Source: Acidobacteriota bacterium
GTDB lineage: Bacteria; Acidobacteriota; Thermoanaerobaculia; Multivoradales; UBA5704
Length of the DNA: 64,000 nucleotides
Reading direction: 5' to 3'
Assembly: GCA_040005235.1 (NCBI GenBank)
Contig: JBDTZG010000021.1
Location: 25,668 to 89,667 of the forward strand
Made by a program: the position numbers and the translations under genes
Notes under the pieces: model-generated
What the model was told of the DNA's origin: nothing
The model's database searches: none
Seen by the model: the letters and a program-made list of their open reading frames with translations, nothing else
Shown: positions 1 through 9,484 of the stretch, one piece after another
Layout: each line of letters starts with the position of its first letter
Position numbering within the stretch: the first letter of the stretch is position 1

Positions 1-420
1 GCCGAAGCTGATTACCGCCGCGTGGAAGAAGAAATCCTCGCCGAGCTCAAGCGGACGTTTTCCCCCGAGCTGATCAACCGGCTCGATGAGGTGATCGTGT
101 TCAACCCGCTGGGCGAAAAAGAGCTGCATGCGATCGTCGACATCCTGCTCGACGACGTCAATCGAACCCTCTCCAGCCGCGGTTTCACCGTCGCGGTGAC
201 CCCGGAGGTCAAGCTCTGGCTGCTGGAACGGGCGGGGCTCGATCCGTCGACCGGTGCGCGGCCGCTGCGGCGCACGATTCAGCGACACATTCAGGATGCG
301 GTGTCGGAAATACTGATCCATCAGCTCGGCGGTACGATTGAACGGATCGACGTCGAGATCGACGGAAGCGAGCTGCGCTTCCATACCCGCGCGCAGGAGA
401 TCTTGGCGCCGCAGTTGTAG
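1..420 (+). CDS. Clp AAA+ ATPase (ClpC/ClpA-like), C-terminal fragment; 5' end lies outside the window
   Basis: FSPELINRLDEVIVFNPL and GARPLRRTIQ match the ClpB D2-small domain; the frame is open from base 1. Confidence 0.88.
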   Translation, partial: AEADYRRVEEEILAELKRTFSPELINRLDEVIVFNPLGEKELHAIVDILLDDVNRTLSSRGFTVAVTPEVKLWLLERAGLDPSTGARPLRRTIQRHIQDAVSEILIHQLGGTIERIDVEIDGSELRFHTRAQEILAPQL

Positions 421-453
421 CCCGCGGGCTGCCGATTTGCCGCGGCCCCGGCT

Positions 454-2937
454 ATGCTCGGGGCCGTTTCCACTGACGAACTTGGGAGAAGCCTGGTGAC
501 CGAGACGCCCCTTCGTAAGCAGCGCCCGTTTGGCCCCGGGGCCCTCGCGGCCCAAGCCGCTCTCTGGCGCCGTTGCCTCGCGCTTCTGATGTTGCCGCTC
601 CTGCTCTCCGCCGGACGGCCGATGGGCGCGCAGGACGCCGCTCCCAGAACCATTGAGGCAATCGAGACGAAAGGCCTTGCAACCCTGTCGGAAGAGACGC
701 TGCTCTTCTATCTCGGCCTCGAAGTCGGCCAGCCGCTTTCCGAGCGCGATCTCGACGAGCGGATCAAGCAGCTGTGGGAACGGCGCCTGGTGGACGACAT
801 CCAGGTCGATGCCGAGCCGGGAAGCGCCGGCGGGTCGATCAAGCTGGTGATCACCGTAGTCGAACGGCCGATTCTGCGGTCGATCGACTTCCAGGGGCTG
901 AAGCGGGTGTCGAAAACCGACGTCCAGGACAAGATCGCGACCCAGCGCATCCAGGTGCGCGAGAACGATCCGGTCTCTCTGGGCGAGCTGCAGCGGGTGA
1001 AGACCTTGATCGAAGAGCTGTACAAGGAAAAAGGCTACCGCTTCGCTCAGGCCCGCTACACGATCGACGACGTCGGCCCGAACGAAAAGCGGGTGACCTT
1101 CTCGGTCGACGAAGGCAACCGGGTGCGGATCGCCGATCTCAACTTCGAAGGCAACACGGTCTTCAACGACCTCCGCCTGCGCCTGGTGATGAAGAAGACC
1201 AAGCAGACGAACCTAATTTCCCGGCTGTCGAAGCACGACATCTACAGCCCGGCGACGCTCCAGGAAGATCTCGACAAGGTCCGCGACCTCTACCGCGGCG
1301 ACGGCTACAAGAACGTGGTTTTGGGAGAGCCGAAGATCGAGGTCAAGGCGAAGCATCCGAACGCCCCGACCGCAAAGCAAAAGCGCCAGATGTACGTGAC
1401 CATCCCGATCGACGAAGGGGAGCGCTGGAAGTTCGGCGAGGTGAAGATCGAAGGCAACAAGGTCTACACCGAGGCCGGCCTGCTCCGCCTGCTCCATCAG
1501 CGGCCAAACTCCTGGCTGCGGAGCAAGCTCTTGGACGACGGGGTCAAAGCGATCGACGACGTCTACCGCAACAACGGCTACATCTTCGCGCGCATCGAGC
1601 CGGAGGTGATCGAAAAGCCCAACAACGTCGCGGACGTGGTGATCCGGGTCACCGAGGGCGATCAGTTCAAGGTCGGCCGGATCGAGTTCGACGGCAACGA
1701 AAAAACCCGCGACCGGGTGCTGCGCCGCGAGCTTCGCCTCCAAGAGGGGAGCGTCATCTCGATCGCCGGGGTGAAAAATACGGTGACCAAGGTCAACCAG
1801 CTCGGCTACTTCAAGCTGAACGAGGAAGATCCGGTCGACATCGACTACGACAGCGCGAACAAGAAGGTGAACCTGGTGTTCAAGGGGCGCGAATCCGAGC
1901 GCACCGAGTTGCAGTTCGGCGGCGGCTGGAGCGAGGTCGACAAGTTCTTCGGCCAATTTTCGGTCAACACCAAGAACTTCCTCGGCCGCGGCGAGCAGGT
2001 CGGCCTGTCGGTGCAGACCGGCGGCACGCGCCAAGCGTTCGACCTGTCGTACTACGTCCCCTGGCTGCGCGACAAGCCGCAGAGCTTGGGGCTGCGCCTG
2101 TTCAACCAGGATCTCGATTACGAGGTGTTCACCGATCAGCGCCTGCAGCGCAAGTCGAAAGGCGCCGTGCTCACCTACGGCCGTTCTTTCGGCCTGTTCC
2201 ACCAGGCGAGCATCGCCTACAGCCGCGGCAAGTACGACGACCAGCAGAGCTTCACCGACGCGATGGGACTGCCTCAGACGGTGCGGTTGAAGATCGACAA
2301 CTCGTCGCTCAAGCCGTTCTACCTCTACGACAGCCGCGACAATCCGTTCGAGCCGGTGCGCGGCAAGAAAATCAGCTTGAGCCTAGAGTACGCCGGCGGC
2401 TTCCTGGGCGGCGATAACTATTTCTTGCGCCCCGAGGCGGGAATCAGCTATTTCCATCCGATTTTCCGCGGCTCGGCCAAGACGATCTTCGCCACCAACG
2501 TCGAAGCGGGCCTGATCCACAACCTGGACAAGTTTGCCCTCCCGTTCAACGAGCTCTACCGGCTGGGCGGCGACAACAGCATCCGCGGCCACTCGTTCGG
2601 CTCGATCCTGGCCTTGGGCAAGAACGGCGGGCCGCTGGTGTCCTCCGACGGCATCGTGCTCGGCGGCGATCGGTATTTCCAGGCAAACGTGGAATACCAG
2701 TGGCTGCTCGGCGGACCGTTCCGGGTTCTGGCGTTCGTCGACGCGGGCAACACCTGGAACACCGAGTTCGGCGCCGGGGTCGATTTCAGCACTCTGCGCT
2801 ACACCACCGGCTTGGAGCTGCGGGTATTGCTGCCGGTCTTCGGCGCGCCGCTGCGCTTCATTTACGCTTTCAACCTCAACGAGAAGCCGAACGATCGCTT
2901 CCAGCGGTTCCAATTCAGCGTCGGCACCAGCTTCTAG
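454..2937 (+). CDS. bamA: Outer membrane protein assembly factor BamA (true start may be slightly downstream)
   Basis: Signal peptide, five POTRA-like repeats, IRGH loop motif, C-terminal FQFSVGTSF; upstream of skp-lpxD. Confidence 0.95.
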   Translation: MLGAVSTDELGRSLVTETPLRKQRPFGPGALAAQAALWRRCLALLMLPLLLSAGRPMGAQDAAPRTIEAIETKGLATLSEETLLFYLGLEVGQPLSERDLDERIKQLWERRLVDDIQVDAEPGSAGGSIKLVITVVERPILRSIDFQGLKRVSKTDVQDKIATQRIQVRENDPVSLGELQRVKTLIEELYKEKGYRFAQARYTIDDVGPNEKRVTFSVDEGNRVRIADLNFEGNTVFNDLRLRLVMKKTKQTNLISRLSKHDIYSPATLQEDLDKVRDLYRGDGYKNVVLGEPKIEVKAKHPNAPTAKQKRQMYVTIPIDEGERWKFGEVKIEGNKVYTEAGLLRLLHQRPNSWLRSKLLDDGVKAIDDVYRNNGYIFARIEPEVIEKPNNVADVVIRVTEGDQFKVGRIEFDGNEKTRDRVLRRELRLQEGSVISIAGVKNTVTKVNQLGYFKLNEEDPVDIDYDSANKKVNLVFKGRESERTELQFGGGWSEVDKFFGQFSVNTKNFLGRGEQVGLSVQTGGTRQAFDLSYYVPWLRDKPQSLGLRLFNQDLDYEVFTDQRLQRKSKGAVLTYGRSFGLFHQASIAYSRGKYDDQQSFTDAMGLPQTVRLKIDNSSLKPFYLYDSRDNPFEPVRGKKISLSLEYAGGFLGGDNYFLRPEAGISYFHPIFRGSAKTIFATNVEAGLIHNLDKFALPFNELYRLGGDNSIRGHSFGSILALGKNGGPLVSSDGIVLGGDRYFQANVEYQWLLGGPFRVLAFVDAGNTWNTEFGAGVDFSTLRYTTGLELRVLLPVFGAPLRFIYAFNLNEKPNDRFQRFQFSVGTSF

Positions 2938-2958
2938 AAAATCAGGAGATCGAACCGT

Positions 2959-3513
2959 ATGTCGCATGCCACTCGCACCGCCCTCCGTCGCGCCGCTCTG
3001 GCGTCGGCGCTCGTCCTACTCGCCGGTCCGGCCCTCCGGGCGCAGGCCACGTCGCCGAAGTTCGGGGTGATCGACGTGCAGGAGATCGTCACCGAATCGG
3101 AGACCGGTAAAAAAGTCTTCGCGCAGCTCGAAACGTTCGGCAAGGACAAACAGACCGAGCTGGACGGCAAGAGGAAAGAGATCGAAGATCTGCGCGCGAA
3201 GCTCGAAGCCGGCAAGAACACGCTCGCCGAGGCGAAGGTCAAGGAAATGGCCGACCAGATCGAGCAGAAGGGGATCGCGCTCGATCGCGCGCTCGACGAC
3301 GCGAAGCGCGAGTTCAACCGCCGCCAGCAGGAGCTGCTCGGCCAGATCGAGCAGAAGGTCTTGCCGATCATCACCCAGATCGGCAAAGAGGGCGCCTACA
3401 CCTTCATCTTCCGGAAGTTCGACAGCGGACTGATCTATGCGGAAGACACCGCGGACATCACCAAGACGGTGATCCAGAAGCTCGACGCCGCGCAGGCCGC
3501 GGCCGGCAAATAA
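2959..3513 (+). CDS. skp: Periplasmic chaperone Skp/OmpH
   Basis: Signal peptide, GVIDVQEI, coiled coil, DITKTVIQKL; canonical position after bamA; SD AGGAG. Confidence 0.93.
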   Translation: MSHATRTALRRAALASALVLLAGPALRAQATSPKFGVIDVQEIVTESETGKKVFAQLETFGKDKQTELDGKRKEIEDLRAKLEAGKNTLAEAKVKEMADQIEQKGIALDRALDDAKREFNRRQQELLGQIEQKVLPIITQIGKEGAYTFIFRKFDSGLIYAEDTADITKTVIQKLDAAQAAAGK

Positions 3514-3517
3514 CCGG

Positions 3518-4618
3518 GTGGCGATCCGTCTCCGCGATCTCGCCGCCCAAGTCGGAGGGCGCGTCGAAGGCGACGGGGAGCTCACCGTGTCCGGAGTCCG
3601 GCCGCTCGCCGAGGCGGCGGCCGAGCACCTTTCCCTCTGGAACCATCCGCGCTACCGAGCCGACGCCGAAGCGAGCGGGGCGGGCGCGCTATTGACCACG
3701 CCCGCTCTGGCTGCGCAACTGGCTGAGCAGCCGCCCGAGCAGTTGCCCGAAAGATCGGGGCGAAACCTGTTGCTGGTGGACGACGTGTCTTTCGCTTTGG
3801 CCCGGGTGCTCGCACTGCTCCATCCGGAGCGGTCGCGTCCGCCGGGTATCGCCCTTACGGCGATCGTCGATCCGAGTGCCGAGGTCGATCCTTCGGCGTG
3901 GGTCGGCCCCTATGTGGTGATCGAGGCGGGAAGCCGGATCGGCGCGGGCGCCGCGGTGCATCCGTTCGTCGCGATCGGCCGGGATTGCACGGTGGGCGAG
4001 GGAGCGATCCTCTATCCGCACGCGGTGCTTTACGACGGCACCGAGATCGGCGCGGCGTCGATCGTCCATGCGGGAGCGGTGATCGGAAGCGACGGCTTCG
4101 GCTACGCCACCCATGGCGGCGTGCACCACAAAGTGCCGCAGGTCGGGCGCGCGGTGATCGAGGCGGAGGTCGAGGTCGGAGCGAACAGCACGATCGACCG
4201 GGCGACGCTCGGCGAGACCCGGATCGGCCGCGGCACGAAGGTGGACAATCTGGTCCAGGTGGGGCACAACGTGAAGGTGGGGGACCGGTCGATCCTCTGC
4301 GGCCAGGCCGGCATCGCCGGCTCGACCGAGCTCGGCCGATACGTCGTGCTCGCGGGCCAGGTGGGGGTCTCCGGCCACCTCGAAGTGGCGGAAGGCACCC
4401 AGGTGGCGGCAAAATCCGCGGTGCTCCGCTCGGCGGAGGTGAAAGGACAGCAGATCGGCGGCATCCCGGCCGTGCCGATCGGCGAGTGGCGCCGCCAGGC
4501 GGCCGCGACCGCCCGGCTGCCGGAGGCGATCCGGCGCCAGAATGATCTAGCGCGCCGGGTGGCGCGGATCGAGGAACGGCTCGACGCGTTCGGCCGCACA
4601 GAGGAGGGGGAGGAATGA
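3518..4618 (+). CDS. lpxD: UDP-3-O-acyl-glucosamine N-acyltransferase LpxD
   Basis: Hexapeptide repeats, GSDGFGY, IDRAT, KVDNLVQVGHN. Confidence 0.96.
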   Translation: MAIRLRDLAAQVGGRVEGDGELTVSGVRPLAEAAAEHLSLWNHPRYRADAEASGAGALLTTPALAAQLAEQPPEQLPERSGRNLLLVDDVSFALARVLALLHPERSRPPGIALTAIVDPSAEVDPSAWVGPYVVIEAGSRIGAGAAVHPFVAIGRDCTVGEGAILYPHAVLYDGTEIGAASIVHAGAVIGSDGFGYATHGGVHHKVPQVGRAVIEAEVEVGANSTIDRATLGETRIGRGTKVDNLVQVGHNVKVGDRSILCGQAGIAGSTELGRYVVLAGQVGVSGHLEVAEGTQVAAKSAVLRSAEVKGQQIGGIPAVPIGEWRRQAAATARLPEAIRRQNDLARRVARIEERLDAFGRTEEGEE

Positions 4619-5085
4619 GCAACCAAGTCCCGGACGCCGAAACGGAGGCGCCGAAGCGCGACATCGACTGGATTCTCTCGATCCTGCCGCACCGGTATCC
4701 GATCCTGCTGGTCGATCGGGTGCTGGAGCTCGAACCCAAGCAGCGGATCGTGGCGATCAAGAACGTGACGATCAACGAGCCGGTCTTCCTCGGCCATTTC
4801 CCGCAGAAGCCGGTGATGCCGGGCGTGTTTCTGATCGAGGGTCTCGCCCAGGCGGGCGGCCTGCTACTGCTCTCCGAGATGCCCGACCGCGACCGCAAGC
4901 TTTTGTTCTTCGCCGGGATCGAGGAGGCGAAGTTCCGCCGTCCGGTCGTTCCCGGCGATCAGATCCGCTACGAGGTGGAGGTCCTGCGCCTGCGCTCGAC
5001 CTTCTGCCGCTTCTCCGGCAAAGTCCTGGTCGACGGCCAGATCGCGGCCCAGGCGATCCTCTCCTCGGCGATGGTGGATCGCTGA
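4615..5085 (+). CDS. fabZ: 3-hydroxyacyl-ACP dehydratase FabZ
   Basis: LPHRYPILLVDRV, GHFPQKPVMPGV. Confidence 0.97.
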   Translation: MSNQVPDAETEAPKRDIDWILSILPHRYPILLVDRVLELEPKQRIVAIKNVTINEPVFLGHFPQKPVMPGVFLIEGLAQAGGLLLLSEMPDRDRKLLFFAGIEEAKFRRPVVPGDQIRYEVEVLRLRSTFCRFSGKVLVDGQIAAQAILSSAMVDR

Positions 5086-5939
5086 TGACGGCGCCAACCC
5101 CCAAGGCTTCGGGCATCCACCCTCAGGCGATCGTCGATCCTTCCGCCAAGCTCGCGGACAGCGTGATCGTCGGGCCGTTCGCGGTGATCGGTCCGGAGGT
5201 CGAGATCGGCGAAGGAACCGAAATCGGCGCGAGCGCCCAGGTCTACGGCCCCACCAAGATCGGCCGCGAGAACAAGATCTATCCGCATGCCGCGATCGGC
5301 TTCGATCCGCAGGATCTGTCGTTCAAAGGCGAGACGGTGTCGCTCCAGATGGGCGATCGCAACGTGGTGCGTGAGTTTTCGACGATCCACCGCGGCACCA
5401 CCAAAGGGGGCGGCCTCACCCGGGTGGGCAGCGACAACCTGTTCATGGCCTACACCCACATCGCCCACGACTGCACGGTTGGCGACCGGACGATCTTCGC
5501 CAACAACGCGACTCTCGCCGGCCACGTCGAGGTCCATGACGACGCGACGATCAGCGCGTTTTCCGCGGTACACCAGTTCTGCCGGGTCGGGCGCCATGCC
5601 TACATCGGCGGCTTCTCCGTGATCGTGATGGACGCCCTGCCGTTCGCCAAGAGCGTCGGCCAGAAGCCGGCTTTTTACGGCTTGAACGCGATCGGCCTGC
5701 GGCGCAAAGGCTTCGACCGCGAGGCGATCAAAAACCTCGACCGGGCGATGAAAATCCTGGTCGAATCGAAGCTGAACACGACCCAGGCGCTGGTGCGGCT
5801 GCGCGCCGAGCTGGCCGGCGACCCGAACGTCGACTACCTGATCGATTACGTCGAGACCGCGAAACGCGGCTATTACCGGAGCCTGCCCGGCCGCCGGTCG
5901 GGCCGCGGAGGGGGGACTTCTGAATCCGCAACGGAGTAG
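5085..5939 (+). CDS. lpxA: UDP-N-acetylglucosamine acyltransferase LpxA
   Basis: Hexapeptide repeats, PQDL, TIHRGT, HIAHDC, LAGHV, VHQF. Confidence 0.96.
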   Translation: MTAPTPKASGIHPQAIVDPSAKLADSVIVGPFAVIGPEVEIGEGTEIGASAQVYGPTKIGRENKIYPHAAIGFDPQDLSFKGETVSLQMGDRNVVREFSTIHRGTTKGGGLTRVGSDNLFMAYTHIAHDCTVGDRTIFANNATLAGHVEVHDDATISAFSAVHQFCRVGRHAYIGGFSVIVMDALPFAKSVGQKPAFYGLNAIGLRRKGFDREAIKNLDRAMKILVESKLNTTQALVRLRAELAGDPNVDYLIDYVETAKRGYYRSLPGRRSGRGGGTSESATE

Positions 5940-6894
5940 CGCCCTCTCTGGGTCAGCCGCGCCCCGACTGAAGATTGGCGTAGTCGGCACCGGCTCGCTC
6001 GGCCGGCACCACGTGCGTATTCTGGCCTCGTTGCCGGGTGTGGAGCTGGTGGGGATCGTCGACAGCCGCTCCGAGGTGGCCGAAGCGCTCGCCGCCGAGC
6101 ATGGCACGGTGGTTCTGCCGTCGATCGAGGCGCTCGCGGATCTTGCGGAAGCGGCGGTGGTGGCGGTACCCACCGTGGCGCATGCCGAGATCGGCTGCTT
6201 CCTCGCCCGACGCGGGCTGCATTTGATGGTCGAAAAGCCGATCGCCGGCTCGCTCGCCGAAGCCGACGAGCTGATCGCGGCGGCGGAGGCTGCGGGAAAA
6301 GTCCTCGCGGTCGGCCATGTCGAATTCCACAATCCGGCGGTGCAAGCTCTCTCCGGCATCGGCGTGCCGCCGCGCTTCGTCGAAATCGAACGGCTGGGAG
6401 TCTTTTCGCCGCGCAGCTTGGACGTCGACGTAGTGCTCGACCTGATGATTCATGATCTTCAGATCCTCCACTCTCTCGACCCCTCCCCGGTGGCCGAAGT
6501 CCGGGCGACGGGAATCTCGGTGCTCTCGCCGAAGATCGACATCGCGAACGCCCGGATCGAGCTTAAGTCCGGATGCGTCGCGAACCTGACCGCCTCGCGC
6601 GTCTCGGCGGAGCGGGCGCGGAAGCTGCGTGCCTTCCTTCCCAGCCGCTATTACTCGCTCGATTACCAGGCGCAGGAGATCAAAGGCTACCGCCTGATCG
6701 ACGAGGGCGGCAAGCGGCGCATCCAGAAAGATGATCTGCCGGTCGAGAAGGCCGAGCCGCTCAAATGCGAGCTGCAGGCGTTCGTCGCCGACTGCGCAGG
6801 CCACTCAGGCGACAGCCCGGCCCGCTCGGTCTCGGGCCGCCAGGGGCGCCGGGCGCTCGAATCGGCGCTCGCGGTGGTGGCGGCGATCGGCTGA
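5920..6894 (+). CDS. Gfo/Idh/MocA oxidoreductase (GnnA-like); start extended upstream of the ORF-track GTG at 6013
   Basis: EKP and DLMIHD motifs; Rossmann motif KIGVVGTGSLG lies in frame upstream of 6013; in-frame CTG at 5920 follows GGAGGGG. Confidence 0.8.
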   Translation: MNPQRSSALSGSAAPRLKIGVVGTGSLGRHHVRILASLPGVELVGIVDSRSEVAEALAAEHGTVVLPSIEALADLAEAAVVAVPTVAHAEIGCFLARRGLHLMVEKPIAGSLAEADELIAAAEAAGKVLAVGHVEFHNPAVQALSGIGVPPRFVEIERLGVFSPRSLDVDVVLDLMIHDLQILHSLDPSPVAEVRATGISVLSPKIDIANARIELKSGCVANLTASRVSAERARKLRAFLPSRYYSLDYQAQEIKGYRLIDEGGKRRIQKDDLPVEKAEPLKCELQAFVADCAGHSGDSPARSVSGRQGRRALESALAVVAAIG

Positions 6895-6996
6895 CCCATG
6901 GGCGCACTGCCGTAACTTTATTTCACTCCCCGCGTACAATTCGCAGCGCCGGATCGTATGGGCGGCGCCCTTCCCCACTTTCCCGATAGGTGACCC

Positions 6997-8235
6997 GTGA
7001 AGAAGAAACTGATCTGGGCGTTCGTGATCCTGGTGGTGGTAGCGGTCGTTGCGGGCATCGCGATCAAGAATAAGGGGCCGAAGCCGACCGAAGTGCAGGT
7101 CGCAAAGGTCGGCCGCGAAGATCTACAGGCCAAAGTGAGCGCCAACGGCAAGATCCAGGCGCAGAAGAAAGTCGACGTCTCGGCGACCGTCGCCGGCCAG
7201 ATCACCCATATTGCGGTCGAAGAGGGCGACTCGGTCAAGAAGGGCCAGTTGCTCGCCCAGATCGACCCGGTTTCGACGCGCGCCCAGGTGCGCGGCAGCG
7301 AAGCCTCGATCGATGCGCTACGGCGCGACGTCGATTCGGCGCGCGCGAGCGTCGCGCAGGCGCAGGCCGATTTCCGCCGTTCCGAGGCCAATTTCAAGGC
7401 CGGTATCGTCCCTGCCGCCGACATGGAGCGGACCAAGACGGTGGTCGCGACGGCCGAGGCGACGGTCAAGGCCGCGGAGCGCCGGGTGGTCCAGGCGAGC
7501 GCCGGCCTCGAAGGGACGCGCGACCTGCTGGCGAAGACGACCATTCGCTCGACCATGGACGGCATCGTCACCGCCCGGCGCGTGGAAGAGGGTGAGGTCG
7601 CGGTGGTCGGCATCCAGAACAGCCCGGGGACGGTGCTATTCCAGATCTCCGACATGTCGGTGGTCGAGGCCGAGCTGGAGGTCGACGAAACCTCGATCCC
7701 CAACGTCGTGCTCGGCCAGGAGGCGCGCGTCCGGCTCGACGCCTATCCGAACAAAACCTTCCGCGGCACGGTGACCGAGGTCGGGTCGAGCCCGATCCTC
7801 TCGGGTTCCAACCTGGCGATCAAGTTCAGGGTCAAAGTCCGCCTCGACGAGCCGCCGAAGGGGATCAAGCCCGGCCTTTCGGCCCGCGCCGACATCCTCA
7901 CCGGTTTCCGCGGCGATGCCCTGGTGGTGCCGCTCCAGGCGCTGGTGGTGCGCGAGATCGAACGCAAGCCGGGCGTCAAGGCCGATCCGAACGCACCGCG
8001 CGACCAGGAGGGGGTCTACCTGATGGAGAACGGCAAGACCCGCTTCCAGCCGATCACCACCGGCATGATCGGCGAGCTGTCGATCGAGGTCGTTTCCGGG
8101 CTCAAAGGGGGCGAGACGCTGATTACCGGACCGTTCAAGGCGCTGCGCGAGCTCGAACCCGGAGGGGCCGTGAAAGTCGAGGACCCGAAGAAGAAAAAGC
8201 TGGGCGAGGGCTCAGTCGGGAACGGCAAAGGCTAG
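6997..8235 (+). CDS. Efflux periplasmic adaptor (MacA/HlyD family)
   Basis: N-terminal TM, lipoyl halves (VEEGDSVKKGQLL, TIRSTMDGIV), coiled hairpin, VSGLKGGE. Confidence 0.92.
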   Translation: MKKKLIWAFVILVVVAVVAGIAIKNKGPKPTEVQVAKVGREDLQAKVSANGKIQAQKKVDVSATVAGQITHIAVEEGDSVKKGQLLAQIDPVSTRAQVRGSEASIDALRRDVDSARASVAQAQADFRRSEANFKAGIVPAADMERTKTVVATAEATVKAAERRVVQASAGLEGTRDLLAKTTIRSTMDGIVTARRVEEGEVAVVGIQNSPGTVLFQISDMSVVEAELEVDETSIPNVVLGQEARVRLDAYPNKTFRGTVTEVGSSPILSGSNLAIKFRVKVRLDEPPKGIKPGLSARADILTGFRGDALVVPLQALVVREIERKPGVKADPNAPRDQEGVYLMENGKTRFQPITTGMIGELSIEVVSGLKGGETLITGPFKALRELEPGGAVKVEDPKKKKLGEGSVGNGKG

Positions 8236-8248
8236 AGGGCGAAAAAGA

Positions 8249-9469
8249 ATGAGCCTTTCCGAGCTGCTCGCCGAAGCGTTCGCCGCGATGCGCAGAAACA
8301 AGCTGCGCAGCTTTCTCACGTTGCTCGGCATCGTGATCGGGGTGGCGACGCTCGTGGGCGTGGTCTCGGTGATCTCCGGCCTCAACGCCTACGTCCGCGA
8401 CAAGTTGTTCGCCCTGTCGCCGGACGTCTACATCGTCACCAAATTCGGCATCATCCAGGGGCACGACGAGTTCCTCGAAGCGCTCAAGCGGCCGGACATC
8501 ACCCAGGATGATTTCGATCGCCTCAAGAGCGTGCTCAATCGGGCCGAGCGGATCGGCGCATCGATCGAAACCCGCGCGCCGGTCACGTTCGGCAGCCTGC
8601 GCCTGGGCAACGCGCGGATCGATGGCACCAGCGCCACCTATTCCGATCTGATCAACTTGGACCTCGCTGCCGGCCGGTTCTTCCTGGACAGCGAGGCGCG
8701 CGCCGCGCAGCAGGTGGCGGTGATCGGCTGGGACGTCAAAGACGAATTGTTCCCGCATCTCGATCCGATCGGCCGGACCATCGCGATCGGCGGACTGCCG
8801 TTCCGAGTGATCGGCCTGATCGCCCAGCAGGGAAAGACCCTCGGTCAGAGCCGGGACAATTACGTCTACGTGCCGATCGACGCCTATCGCCAGATGTTCG
8901 GTTCGCGCGATTCGCTCGACATCTTCATCAAGGCCAGCGGCGGGGTGGCAGGGGTAGACGACTCGGCCGACGAGGCGCGCTCGGTGCTTCGCGCGCTGCG
9001 CCATACCGATTTTCGAGCCGGCGATCCCTTCGGCATCGTCACTGCCGAAGCGCTCCAGGACATCTGGAAGCAGGTTTCGGCGGCGGCTTTCCTGCTCATG
9101 ATCCTGATCGCCTCGGTCTCGCTCGGCGTTGGCGGCATCGTGATCACCAACATCATGCTCGTCGCGGTGGCGGAGCGGACCCAGGAGATCGGCCTTCGCC
9201 GCGCGCTCGGCGCCCGCCAGGCGGACGTTCGCCGCCAGTTCCTGCTCGAAGCGGCGCTGCTCGCTCTGGTCGGCGGAGTGATCGGCGTCGCCGGAGGCGG
9301 CCTGATCGCGCTAGGAGTCGATCGGATCGCCCATTTCCCGGCGCAGCTCACCCCCCCGATCGTCGCCGCCGGGCTCGCGCTGTCGGTGGTCGTCGGGGTG
9401 ACGGCCGGCTACTGGCCGGCGGTCTCGGCTTCGCGCCTCGAAGTGGTCGACGCGCTGCGTTCGGAATGA
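8249..9469 (+). CDS. MacB/FtsX-family ABC permease
   Basis: RSFLTLLGIVIG, GGIVITNIMLVAVAERTQEIGLRRALGA. Confidence 0.93.
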   Translation: MSLSELLAEAFAAMRRNKLRSFLTLLGIVIGVATLVGVVSVISGLNAYVRDKLFALSPDVYIVTKFGIIQGHDEFLEALKRPDITQDDFDRLKSVLNRAERIGASIETRAPVTFGSLRLGNARIDGTSATYSDLINLDLAAGRFFLDSEARAAQQVAVIGWDVKDELFPHLDPIGRTIAIGGLPFRVIGLIAQQGKTLGQSRDNYVYVPIDAYRQMFGSRDSLDIFIKASGGVAGVDDSADEARSVLRALRHTDFRAGDPFGIVTAEALQDIWKQVSAAAFLLMILIASVSLGVGGIVITNIMLVAVAERTQEIGLRRALGARQADVRRQFLLEAALLALVGGVIGVAGGGLIALGVDRIAHFPAQLTPPIVAAGLALSVVVGVTAGYWPAVSASRLEVVDALRSE

Positions 9470-9484
9470 GGACCTAGTCTCGCC

